IMG/VR virus record: IMGVR_UViG_3300037761_000147
Span: 1-48,892 of that record
DNA length: 48,892 bases
Reading direction: 5' to 3' (one strand)
Source of the DNA: a virus
Lineage: Duplodnaviria > Caudoviricetes
This document shows positions 9,866 to 18,391 of this stretch, in pieces (the first letter of the stretch is position 1; the number at the start of each line of letters is the position of its first letter). The notes under the pieces are model-generated. The model did no database searches and was not told where the DNA came from. It saw nothing but the letters and a program-made list of their open reading frames with translations. The position numbers and the translations under genes are program-made.

Positions 9866-10866
9866 GAGTCCTGGTAACCGGCGGCGCCGGGTTCGTCGGC
9901 CACCACCTGGTTGAGCACCTGCTGGAGACCACCGGCTGGGATGTGGTGGTGCTCGACTCGTTGACGTATGCGGGTCGGGTCGACCGGTTGATTGACATGG
10001 CCGGCTACGACCCGACCCGGGTGAGCCTGCTTTGGCATGATCTGCGCGCGCCGATCCACCCGCACCTGGACGAGCAGATCGGCGGCGTGGATGCGGTGCT
10101 ACACCTGGCATCCGAATCGCACGTCGACCGGTCGATCGCCGATCCGGTGCCGTTCGTGCACAACAACGTCGACTGCACGTTGACGATGTTGGAGTGGGCG
10201 CGCAACCGCGACCTGTCCCACTTCGTGCAGGTGTCCACGGATGAGGTGTACGGCCCGGCAGCTGAGGGGCAGCGGCATCGTGAGTGGGACCCGTATCTCC
10301 CGTCCAACCCGTACGCGGCCAGCAAGGCGGCTCAGGAGTCGTTGGCGATCGCCTACTGGCGCACCTACCGGGTGCCGGTCGTCGTCACGAACTTCATGAA
10401 CATGTACGGCCAGAGACAGCACGTGGAGAAGTTCGTTCCGCGGACCTTGCGGTCGCTGCTGGCTGGCCAGCCGGCGACGTTGCACGCCCGGCCGGTCAGC
10501 ATCGGGTGGGAGCCGAGCTCGCGGCATTGGCTGCACGCCCGCAACCACGCCGATGCGCTGCGGTGGATGCTCACCGTCACCATCCCGGCCGCCTACCCGT
10601 CGACGGACCGGCCGGACAAGTGGCATGTGGCCGGCGACGAGCTCGACGTTCTCGCCATGGCGCAGAAGATCGCTAAGGCTGCCGGTAAGCCACTGGAGTA
10701 CGAGTACGTGGACTACCACAGCCAGCGGCCGGGACACGACCACCGGTACGCCCTCGACCCGTCGAAGATCCACGCCGCCGGGTGGAAGCCGCCGGTCGAC
10801 TTCGACGAGTCGCTGGAGCGCACCGTCCAGTGGATGCTCAAGCATCCGGAGTGGCTCCGTGACTGA
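9862..10866 (+). CDS. rmlB: dTDP-glucose 4,6-dehydratase-like (extended SDR)
   Basis: TGGAGFVG, HLASESHVDRS, STDEVYG, YAASK, RPGHD.RY motifs. Confidence 0.9.
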   Translation: MRVLVTGGAGFVGHHLVEHLLETTGWDVVVLDSLTYAGRVDRLIDMAGYDPTRVSLLWHDLRAPIHPHLDEQIGGVDAVLHLASESHVDRSIADPVPFVHNNVDCTLTMLEWARNRDLSHFVQVSTDEVYGPAAEGQRHREWDPYLPSNPYAASKAAQESLAIAYWRTYRVPVVVTNFMNMYGQRQHVEKFVPRTLRSLLAGQPATLHARPVSIGWEPSSRHWLHARNHADALRWMLTVTIPAAYPSTDRPDKWHVAGDELDVLAMAQKIAKAAGKPLEYEYVDYHSQRPGHDHRYALDPSKIHAAGWKPPVDFDESLERTVQWMLKHPEWLRD

Positions 10867-11818
10867 GACGGTGATGGTGGTACCCAACCATCTGCCGCAC
10901 CTCAACTTTCTGGCCGAGTGGCGACATGAGTTGCGTGACACGCCGATCATCGTGGTGCAGGACGTTGGTGCGAAACCGGATCCGCCGGCCGGGTTGGACG
11001 TGACCGTCGTCGACCATGCTGATGTTGAGGCGGACCTGGGCGCCGATGCGTGGATCGTCCCGTCGCAGAGTTCGGCGTGCCGCTCGTACGGGTATCTGTT
11101 AGCGTGGCGCTGCCGGCCCGAGGTGATCCTGACCTTGGACACCGACTGCTATCCGGACGGATCTCGTTGGCTGGTCGGCCATCTGATCAACTTGCGCGGG
11201 TCGGCGACGTTGGACTGGGTGAACAGCGGCCCCGGGTCGACCCGGTTCCGCGGCTTCCCGTACCAGATTCGCGGGGCGTCGCCGGTGGTGCTCTCGCACG
11301 GCCTGTGGTCGCAGGTGCCGGACTTGGACGGGGCGACCGCGCTGCACCTTCCAGGTCTGCGGCTGCCGCCGGCAACCGGCATCGAGATCATCCCGCGGTG
11401 GAACTTCTGGCCGATGTGCGCGATGAACCTGGCGTGGCGGGCCGAGTTGACCCCGGCGATGTATTTTGGCCTGTTCGGCCCGGAGTACGGCTTCGACCAG
11501 TACGACGACATTTGGGCTGGTGTGCTGGTCAAGAAGATCCTGGATCATCTCGGTTGGGCGGTCGTGTCCGGGTATCCGAGCGTGCAGCATCGCAAGCAGT
11601 CCAACGTGTACACGAATCTGCGTAAGCAGGCGCCCGGTTTGGCGATGAACGAACACTGGTGGCGGGCCGTACGTGACGTTGAGCTGTCCGCGGACACAAT
11701 CACAGGTGCCTACCGGCAACTCATCGAACGCCTGCCGGACAAGATCGAAGACGAGCCCGTCGGGTGGACGGCCAAGTTCAAGAAGGCCGCGCTGATCTGG
11801 TTGGAGTTGTTCGCATGA
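10859..11818 (+). CDS. Reversibly glycosylated polypeptide / UDP-arabinopyranose mutase-like protein (RGP, CAZy GT75)
   Basis: Collinear plant-RGP motifs: SACRSYGY, TLDTDC (DxD), RGFPY..R, SHGLW..VPD.D, PMCAMNLA, PAMYFGL, YDDIWAG..KKILDHLG, H.K.SN...NL.K. Confidence 0.85.
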   Translation: MTETVMVVPNHLPHLNFLAEWRHELRDTPIIVVQDVGAKPDPPAGLDVTVVDHADVEADLGADAWIVPSQSSACRSYGYLLAWRCRPEVILTLDTDCYPDGSRWLVGHLINLRGSATLDWVNSGPGSTRFRGFPYQIRGASPVVLSHGLWSQVPDLDGATALHLPGLRLPPATGIEIIPRWNFWPMCAMNLAWRAELTPAMYFGLFGPEYGFDQYDDIWAGVLVKKILDHLGWAVVSGYPSVQHRKQSNVYTNLRKQAPGLAMNEHWWRAVRDVELSADTITGAYRQLIERLPDKIEDEPVGWTAKFKKAALIWLELFA

Positions 11819-12429
11819 GTCAGGACCCGTCGTCGTTGCACGGTCCGGGTGAGCCGGAGCGGGTCCGCTGGACGTTGGACATTGTGCAGGCAAGGGTTGG
11901 CTTGCCGGAACTGCGGGTGCTGGATCTGGCGTGTAGGACCGGGGCGTTCTCGACCGCGTTCGCCGACGCCGGGGCGACCGTGCACGGCATTGAGGCCCGA
12001 CAAGACAACCTCGAGCACGTCCCGTCCAGCAGCGCAACCTACGAGCTGGGGGACGTGCGGGAGCTGTCGTCCGACAGCCGGTACGATGTGGTCCTGTGCT
12101 TGGGCATCCTGTACCACCTGGAGGCTGGCGACGCGCTTCGACTGCTATCGACGATGCGGCGGATCTCCTACCATTTCGCGGTCATTGACACCCATGTTGG
12201 CGCGGACACCGACGAAGTAGTTGTGGATGGCCGGACCTACCGGGGCAGCGTCTATGGCGAGGTGCTGGGTCATCCGTGGAGCGCGCTGGACAACCCTACG
12301 TCGTGGTGGTTCGGTGAGGAGTCGCTGAACTGGGCCTGTTACGCCGCCGGGTGGGACAAGGTGGAACGCATCCCCGGTCGGTCGTGGGCGGGTGAGGATC
12401 CCGACCGGCGTTGGCTGGTCGTCTCGTGA
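11815..12429 (+). CDS. Class I SAM-dependent methyltransferase
   Basis: RVLDLACRTG motif I, GIEAR motif II, YDVVLCLGILYHL. Confidence 0.9.
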   Translation: MSQDPSSLHGPGEPERVRWTLDIVQARVGLPELRVLDLACRTGAFSTAFADAGATVHGIEARQDNLEHVPSSSATYELGDVRELSSDSRYDVVLCLGILYHLEAGDALRLLSTMRRISYHFAVIDTHVGADTDEVVVDGRTYRGSVYGEVLGHPWSALDNPTSWWFGEESLNWACYAAGWDKVERIPGRSWAGEDPDRRWLVVS

Positions 12430-12968
12430 AGGTGCTGGTGGTGGCCCGCTGGCGTGAGGACATCACATGGTTGGCTGACCTGCCACCCGGATGGCTGCCC
12501 GAGGTTGTTGAGAAGGACGTTGACGTGCCTAACCGTGGCCGGGAGCCGTCCAGTTATCTGCACGCGATCCTGCAGCTGTACCCGGTCACCGAGCCTGCCG
12601 ACATGTTCGGGTTTGTGCAGGGCGACCCGTTCGACCACTGCCCGGACCTGATGCACCAGTTGACCCAGCCGGTCGGCTGGTACACGCCGCTCGGTCAGGC
12701 CACGTACACCTCTGATGCCAACGGCGGCCCGCATCACCCGGGTGTGCCGGTCGCAGCCTGCCATGAACGGTGGTTGGGCGCACCGTTTCCCGGTGTGGTG
12801 ACGTTCGCCGCGGGTGGCCAGTTCGCGGTCACCGGCCGGGCGTTGCTGCAGCATCCCGAGGACTTTTACCGCCGGCTGTACGACGACATGTTGGACGAGG
12901 CCGGGTTGGTGCCGTGGGCGGCGGAACGCCTGTGGCCGGCCGTATTCACCAGACCAGGAAGGCACTAA
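12426..12968 (+). CDS. DUF3431-like protein (possible glycan-modifying enzyme)
   Basis: LVVAR..EDI.W, NRGRE..SYL..I...Y, F.QGDPFDH, GGQFAV, ERLW motifs. Confidence 0.7.
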   Translation: MKVLVVARWREDITWLADLPPGWLPEVVEKDVDVPNRGREPSSYLHAILQLYPVTEPADMFGFVQGDPFDHCPDLMHQLTQPVGWYTPLGQATYTSDANGGPHHPGVPVAACHERWLGAPFPGVVTFAAGGQFAVTGRALLQHPEDFYRRLYDDMLDEAGLVPWAAERLWPAVFTRPGRH

Positions 12969-12969
12969 C

Positions 12970-13365
12970 ATGGCCATCGCCTACCATGCGACGCTGCGTA
13001 GCAGCATGATGGATGCGGTTACCACCCGGGCGGGTAACGCCGCCTTGCTGCGGATCTACGACGGCAGCCGGCCGGCAACCGGTGGTGCGGCAACCAACCT
13101 GCTGGCGGAGCTGACCTGCGCCACCCCGTTCGCCGCAGGCGCGTCCAGCGGCGTGCTGACTCTCGGGTCGATCACGCAGGACTCGGCGGCGAACGCCACC
13201 GGCACGGCGACCTGGTTCCGGATCGTCCAGTCCGACGGCACCACCCACGTCATGGACGGCAACGTCGGCACCTCTGGGTCCGACCTCAACCTCAACTCCA
13301 CGTCCATCGTGACCGGTGGCACCGTCTCGGTCACATCGTTCGTCATCACCGAAGGCAACGCGTAA
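12970..13365 (+). CDS. Small beta-rich virion structural protein (fibre/decoration subunit)
   Basis: LRIYDG.RP, ANATGTATWFRI, DGNVGTSGSDLNL patterns; Gly/Thr-rich. Confidence 0.7.
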   Translation: MAIAYHATLRSSMMDAVTTRAGNAALLRIYDGSRPATGGAATNLLAELTCATPFAAGASSGVLTLGSITQDSAANATGTATWFRIVQSDGTTHVMDGNVGTSGSDLNLNSTSIVTGGTVSVTSFVITEGNA

Positions 13366-13380
13366 CTAGGAGGGAACGAG

Positions 13381-13677
13381 ATGGCTGCTGGATTTGCAGC
13401 ACTGCTGGACGCAACCCAAATCAACCAGAACATCGGCCGGATCGCCGTGCAGCTGAGGGAGACGTTCGAACTCGTCGCACAGTTCAGCGGCTGGCACGCC
13501 GGCGTGGGCGCTACCGGGCTGGAGACTACGTACGGGTTCACGTCGGGCGACGCGGCCATCATCGGGTCGGCGATCACCGACTTCGAGCAGCTTCGCCAGA
13601 TCTACCTGGGCGCTCAGGCCCTGGCGTCCGCCAAAAACTTCCGCGCGTTCTCCGATGACGTCGAGGGCCTGCGGTAA
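13381..13677 (+). CDS. Hypothetical protein (98 aa)
   Basis: GGAGGG RBS; fits the operon. Confidence 0.7.
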   Translation: MAAGFAALLDATQINQNIGRIAVQLRETFELVAQFSGWHAGVGATGLETTYGFTSGDAAIIGSAITDFEQLRQIYLGAQALASAKNFRAFSDDVEGLR

Positions 13678-13692
13678 AGGGCTGACTGACCG

Positions 13693-15633
13693 ATGCCGAC
13701 CGTCCGTAGGCTCGGCAACGCCGACGACGTAGCGTTCAAAACTGGACTCGGCGGCGTCGACGCCCTGGCCTACGGCACGATCGCGATCCTGTTCCGGCCG
13801 TCCGAGGACACAGTTTTCCGCTGGCTGGTGAAGTTGTACGACTCGGCCGGCGCCGACCTGGGTGGCATCGGGCTACTATCCGACGGGACGACCTTCTGGA
13901 AGGGTGCTGGCCCCTACGCCACAGAGGGACCGGTAGTCACATATGGCGACTGGCACCTACTGATCGCACGCAAGAACACGGGCGATGTGCGGCCACGGTT
14001 CAGCCTGCAAAACGTGACGACAGACATATGGGTGCACGACGACGGTGCCGAGACCCAGTTGGACTGGGCGCCGCCCACGGGTGGCAGCATCCGGACGAAG
14101 GATGCGACTTCCGGTGATGGTCCGGGTAGTGACTACGCCGCCGCGGCGATCTGGAGTAACGAACTGCCGTGGGCCGCCGATACGTTCGGTGACGCCGCGA
14201 TCGAAGCAGCCCAACTGGAGGATCATCTCGACTTCTGGCGGGACGCCGACCCGGCGTCGGGATGGGCGTTCGACGGCTCTAACGTCAACGTCAACGTCGA
14301 GGACTTCACGCTCAACCGGGCGGATGAGACATCCAGTGGTGTCGGGTCGGCGGTAAGCGCCACCGACCTCGACTTCGTATTCGAGACCGCCGGCATCCTG
14401 TCCCTTTCCCGCAACTTCCTACGCACGACGCAGACGGAGCCCGGTACTGGCGGCATCGTGCGCGACCTGTCCGAAACCCAGGGCACCCCGACCACCCTGG
14501 GGTCGGGCAGCGTGTCCGGCGGGTTCGTCGAGGTCCTCCGCTGGCATCGGGTTGTCGGCACTACGGTCGGCTCGGATGCGATCTCCACACAGGTTGATGT
14601 GTCCGCTGTGTCCGCTGCAACCCTGGAGTACCGGTGGCGGGTGCAGCGGTACAACTCGGCCGGGGTGTTGCAGGCCAGCAGCACCTCATACTCGGCCGGG
14701 CACAACACCGTCGGGATAAAAACGGCGACGTTCGTCCTGTCGACCACGTGGGAGGCCGACGACCGGCTGGCGCTGTCGCTCGAGCTGCGCAAGGCTTCCG
14801 GCGGCGGGTCGCGGAGCATCACGCTCAACGTCAACGACGCGGATGCGTGGCTAGAGTTCGAGATCGCCGAGATACCGGCGATCACCGGCGGCTTGGCGGT
14901 CACCGAGGCCGGCGACATCCCCGCCGGCTCGGGCACCGCCACCGCACCACCGGTCACGGGCACGCTGTCCATCACCGAGGCCGCCGACACGCTGGCCGCG
15001 GCCGGCACCAGCCAAGGGCTGAGTTTCACCGGCACCCTGGCAGTCACCGAGGCGGCCGACACCCTGGCCAGCTCGGGCGATGTCACCGCACCATCAGTCA
15101 CTGGCACCTTGGCGGCCACCGAACAGCCGGACACTCTCGCCGCGGCGGGCACGGCCATCCCGCCACCGATCACCGGCACCCTGGCAGTCACCGAGGCGGC
15201 CGACACTCTCGCAGCGTCGGGCGCCTCCACAGCACCGGGCATCACCGGCACCCTCTCCGTCGTCGAAGCCACGGACACGTTGGCCGCCTCGGGCACCGTC
15301 GAGGCCGGCGCCATCACCGGCACCGTGGCCGTGACCGAGATCGCCGATACTCTCGCAGCATCAGGCCTGGTACAGGTGCCGATCGTCGGCACGCTGTCCA
15401 TCACTGAGGCCGCCGACGCTCTGGTCGCGGCAGGAACGGCCATCCCACCGCCGATCAACGGCACCATCAACATCACCCAAGCCGCCGACACCCTGGCCAG
15501 CTCGGGGTTCTTCGCCCCACTGGGTGGCACCTCCTTCAACGCCATATCCGCGGCCGTCGTCGCAGCCGGCAGAGGATCGACCAGCACCGTCATGGCAGTC
15601 AGGACATCCACCGCCACCGTCTCGGAGGGATAG
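13693..15633 (+). CDS. Fibre-like structural protein: LamG/ConA-like N-terminal region, second beta domain, Thr/Ala-rich repeat stalk
   Basis: GDWHLLI-type LamG-like signature; nine ~24-aa repeats [IV]TGTLAVTEAADTLAASG. Confidence 0.7.
   Translation: MPTVRRLGNADDVAFKTGLGGVDALAYGTIAILFRPSEDTVFRWLVKLYDSAGADLGGIGLLSDGTTFWKGAGPYATEGPVVTYGDWHLLIARKNTGDVRPRFSLQNVTTDIWVHDDGAETQLDWAPPTGGSIRTKDATSGDGPGSDYAAAAIWSNELPWAADTFGDAAIEAAQLEDHLDFWRDADPASGWAFDGSNVNVNVEDFTLNRADETSSGVGSAVSATDLDFVFETAGILSLSRNFLRTTQTEPGTGGIVRDLSETQGTPTTLGSGSVSGGFVEVLRWHRVVGTTVGSDAISTQVDVSAVSAATLEYRWRVQRYNSAGVLQASSTSYSAGHNTVGIKTATFVLSTTWEADDRLALSLELRKASGGGSRSITLNVNDADAWLEFEIAEIPAITGGLAVTEAGDIPAGSGTATAPPVTGTLSITEAADTLAAAGTSQGLSFTGTLAVTEAADTLASSGDVTAPSVTGTLAATEQPDTLAAAGTAIPPPITGTLAVTEAADTLAASGASTAPGITGTLSVVEATDTLAASGTVEAGAITGTVAVTEIADTLAASGLVQVPIVGTLSITEAADALVAAGTAIPPPINGTINITQAADTLASSGFFAPLGGTSFNAISAAVVAAGRGSTSTVMAVRTSTATVSEG
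14881..15516 (+). repeat. Nine degenerate ~72-bp coding tandem repeats
   Basis: Recurring ACCGGCACCCTGGCAGTCACCGAGGCGGCCGACAC-like units encoding the 24-aa repeat. Confidence 0.85.
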
Positions 15634-16557
15634 ATGGGCGCATCAGTTTTCTTCGAGTCCGCCTCGGAACTGGCGACGTTGACGAACACGTTCACCGTCG
15701 GCGGCACGCTGACCGACCCGACCACCATTACCCTGGTCATCACCGACCCGCAGGGTGCCTTGACCACGTATACGTTCGCCCTAGCCGAGATCACCAAAGT
15801 GTCAGTCGGGTTGTACCGCAAGGACATCACCTGCAGCCTGGCCGGCGAGTGGCAGTACGAATGGGTTGGCACCGGCGCCGCGGTCGACACCGAGGTCGGC
15901 ACCTGGACGGTGCTCGACACCACACTCGGCAGGTTGTACGCCACCCTGCAGACGCTCAAGTCGAGGCTGGGCTTGGCATCGACCGACACCGCCGACGACT
16001 ACGAGTTGCACACCGCATGCTTCGCCGCCTCCCGGGCGGTGGAGCAGTACTGCCAGCGCACGTTCTGGCGCGGTGACAGCGATGGCGAGGCTCGCACGTT
16101 CATCCCCGATGACGGGTACTGCGTCAAGCTGCCACCGTTCTGTGACCTGGTGTCGGTGGTGTCACTGAAAGCCGACGCGTCCGGCGACGGGGTGTTCGAC
16201 ACCACCTGGGCGGCGAGCGACTACCAACTACTGCCGCACAACCCGGGCGCGGCACCCGAACTGCGCCCGTACACCGAACTCAAGGCGGTCGGGACGCGCA
16301 CGTTCCCGCTGCCGACCGCGGTGCTGGCACGCGACGACCGGGTGGAGATCACCGGCGTGTGGGGCTGGCCGGCGGTGCCGTACGGCGTCAAGCAGTCGGC
16401 GCTGATCACCGCCGCTGAGGTGTTCAAGTCCAAGTCGACGTTCGAGGCGCAGATGGGCTTCGACGAGATGGCACAGTTCGTGCTGCGTCGCAACCCGATC
16501 GCCCGGGATCTGATCAAGCCGTATCGGCATCTGCGTGCCACGGTGCTGGTGGCGTGA
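15634..16557 (+). CDS. Head-to-tail adaptor (gp6-like) with extra N-terminal Ig-like domain
   Basis: YATL..LK.RLG, AASR.VE.YC.R.F, VEITG.WGWPAVP..VKQ motifs; first ~93 aa beta-sandwich-like. Confidence 0.8.
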   Translation: MGASVFFESASELATLTNTFTVGGTLTDPTTITLVITDPQGALTTYTFALAEITKVSVGLYRKDITCSLAGEWQYEWVGTGAAVDTEVGTWTVLDTTLGRLYATLQTLKSRLGLASTDTADDYELHTACFAASRAVEQYCQRTFWRGDSDGEARTFIPDDGYCVKLPPFCDLVSVVSLKADASGDGVFDTTWAASDYQLLPHNPGAAPELRPYTELKAVGTRTFPLPTAVLARDDRVEITGVWGWPAVPYGVKQSALITAAEVFKSKSTFEAQMGFDEMAQFVLRRNPIARDLIKPYRHLRATVLVA

Positions 16558-16958
16558 TGGCCACCGTTGCGCAGATCCGCGCCGGGATCAAAGCCCGGCT
16601 GGACACCATCGCCGGTCTGCGCACCCACGCGGTTATGCCGGCCGCGCTCAACGCGCCGGCCGCGGTGGTGTTCCGCCGCACGACCACCTTCGACACGTCG
16701 CTAGACGGCCAGTCGGACGACCTGACCTGCGGGATCACCCTGTTTGTCGAGTTCGGCAACGAACGCACTGCGCAGGAGGCCCTCGACGCCTACCTGGCGC
16801 CGGCCGGTGCGCTGTCTGTGAAGGCTGCCGTGGACGGCGATCCGACCCTGGGTGGTGTGGTCGACTTCGCCCGGGTCGCCGGAGCCGAGGCCGACCGGAT
16901 CGTCGAATGGTCCAACATCAAATACCTGGCTGCTGATCTCGTGGTCGAGGTGGGTTGA
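16554..16958 (+). CDS. Tail terminator / head-tail completion protein
   Basis: IR.GIK.RL.TI.GL and SVKAAV.GDPTLGG motifs; position. Confidence 0.7.
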   Translation: MMATVAQIRAGIKARLDTIAGLRTHAVMPAALNAPAAVVFRRTTTFDTSLDGQSDDLTCGITLFVEFGNERTAQEALDAYLAPAGALSVKAAVDGDPTLGGVVDFARVAGAEADRIVEWSNIKYLAADLVVEVG

Positions 16959-17975
16959 GTGCGCATCGTCGTCTGCCACCCCGGGCCCGGCTTTTCGGTG
17001 CACGACGTGCATGTCGGGTGGGCCGAGGCGTTGGCCGAGCTCGGCCATCGGGTCATCGAGTTCAACCTGCACGACCGTCTGACCTTCTACGACAACGCAT
17101 TCTTCAACGTCAGCGAGGGCCAGTTCAAGAAGGCGCTGCCCAGCGACACTGCGGTCGAGCTGGCGGTCAACGGCCTGTACGCGGCGTTGTACAAGACCCG
17201 GCCGGACATCCTGCTGGTGGTCTCCGCGTTCCTGGTCCCGGCCGAGCTGCTCGACCTGGCCCGCCGCTACGGCACCCGGGTGGTGGTGCTGCACACCGAG
17301 GCCCCGTACGAGGACACCCGCCAACTTGCCGTCGCCGCCCACGCCGACCTGAACCTGCTCAACGACCCGTGCAGCATCGACCGGTACCGGGCGGTGGGCC
17401 CAGCCGAGTACATGCCACACGCCTACCGGCCGACGCTGCACCGTCCCGGCCCGGCCGAACCGGACCTGAGCTGCGACCTGGCGTTCGTCGGCACCGGATT
17501 CGACTCCCGCATCGCCTTCTTCGAGGCGATGGACCTGGCCGGCCTGGACGTGCTGCTCGGCGGGAACTGGCAGCAGATGGCCGAGGACTCCCCGCTGCGC
17601 AAGTACGTCGGGCATGACATCAAAGAGTGCCTCGACAACGCCGACGGGGTGCGCATCTACCGGTCGGCGCGGGCCGGAATCAACCTGTACCGGCGGGAGA
17701 CCGAGGACGGGGATTCGGCCGCCGGGTGGGCGATGGGACCCCGTGAGGTGGAGATGGCCGCGACCGGCCTGTTCTTTACCCGCGACCCGCGCGGTGAGGG
17801 TGACGAGCTGCTGCCGATGCTGCCCCGGTTTGGCTCGGCCGCGGAGGCGTCGGAGATTGTCCGCTGGTGGGTCGCGCACGACCGGCAGCGGGAGAAGGCG
17901 GCCGGGCAGGCCAGAGCAGCGGTTGCCGACCGGACGTTCAAGAATCACGCAGCTCGGCTGCTGCGGCTGCTCTGA
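16959..17975 (+). CDS. CgeB-family glycosyltransferase (GT-B)
   Basis: HTEAPYE, YMPHAY.P, DLAFVGT...SR, IYRSARAGINL, MGPREVEMAA.G, DRTF..HA..LL motifs. Confidence 0.85.
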   Translation: MRIVVCHPGPGFSVHDVHVGWAEALAELGHRVIEFNLHDRLTFYDNAFFNVSEGQFKKALPSDTAVELAVNGLYAALYKTRPDILLVVSAFLVPAELLDLARRYGTRVVVLHTEAPYEDTRQLAVAAHADLNLLNDPCSIDRYRAVGPAEYMPHAYRPTLHRPGPAEPDLSCDLAFVGTGFDSRIAFFEAMDLAGLDVLLGGNWQQMAEDSPLRKYVGHDIKECLDNADGVRIYRSARAGINLYRRETEDGDSAAGWAMGPREVEMAATGLFFTRDPRGEGDELLPMLPRFGSAAEASEIVRWWVAHDRQREKAAGQARAAVADRTFKNHAARLLRLL

Positions 17976-17992
17976 TGATGGAGGGATGAGTT

Positions 17993-18391
17993 ATGTCAAG
18001 GATCGCAGGCCGCCGTGGTCGGGTGTACATGGCGTTAGCGTCGGGCGGTACCGCCGAGCCGGTAGCGTTCCTGAACAGCTGGAGCATGAACCTGGTCACA
18101 GAGAAGTTCGACGTGACCGCCTTCGGCGACGAGAACCGGAAGTACGTGGCTGGGCTGCCCGACTCATCCGGCGACTTCGCCGGGTTCTACGACGACTCGA
18201 CAGTCCAGTTCTACACGGCGGCGGTCGACGGAATCGCGCGCAAGTTCTACCTGTACCCGTCCACTCTGAACAACGGGCAGTACTGGTTCGGTGAGATTCT
18301 GCCCGACATGAGCATCAACGGTACGGTGAGCGGCCCGGTGGAGATCAGCGCGACGTGGAACGCGTCCAGCAACATCGACAAGGTCGGCTAG
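17993..18391 (+). CDS. Major tail (tube) protein
   Basis: DVTAFGD....YVAGLPD.SG.F.G.YD motif; GGAGGGA RBS. Confidence 0.8.
   Translation: MSRIAGRRGRVYMALASGGTAEPVAFLNSWSMNLVTEKFDVTAFGDENRKYVAGLPDSSGDFAGFYDDSTVQFYTAAVDGIARKFYLYPSTLNNGQYWFGEILPDMSINGTVSGPVEISATWNASSNIDKVG

Noticed and set aside
9862-10866. UDP-xylose synthase, which would fit an arabinose pathway
   Set aside because: STDEVYG, SHVDRS and RPGHD.RY are RmlB-type motifs; UDP-xylose synthase has STSEVYG
11815-12429. DNA methyltransferase or DNA hypermodification role for the methyltransferase and GTs
   Set aside because: No DPPY/NPPY or PCQ motif; genes lie in the virion operon and no base-modifying enzymes were seen near replication genes; not formally excluded
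14881-15516. Regular ~72-bp repeats as a CRISPR array or DGR template/variable repeats
   Set aside because: They are in-frame coding repeats varying at synonymous positions; no unique spacers, cas operon or reverse transcriptase seen
14223-15989. Long antisense and alternate-frame ORFs (e.g. 14223-15989, 16701-17948, 47526-48854, 29419-30429)
   Set aside because: Shadow ORFs expected in high-GC DNA opposite well-supported genes; no motifs or RBS
11099-18037. In-frame TTA codons (RGP 11099, tail tube 18035, also ParB and primase) as bldA-type developmental control
   Set aside because: Few and scattered, host unknown, and enrichment cannot be tested by eye
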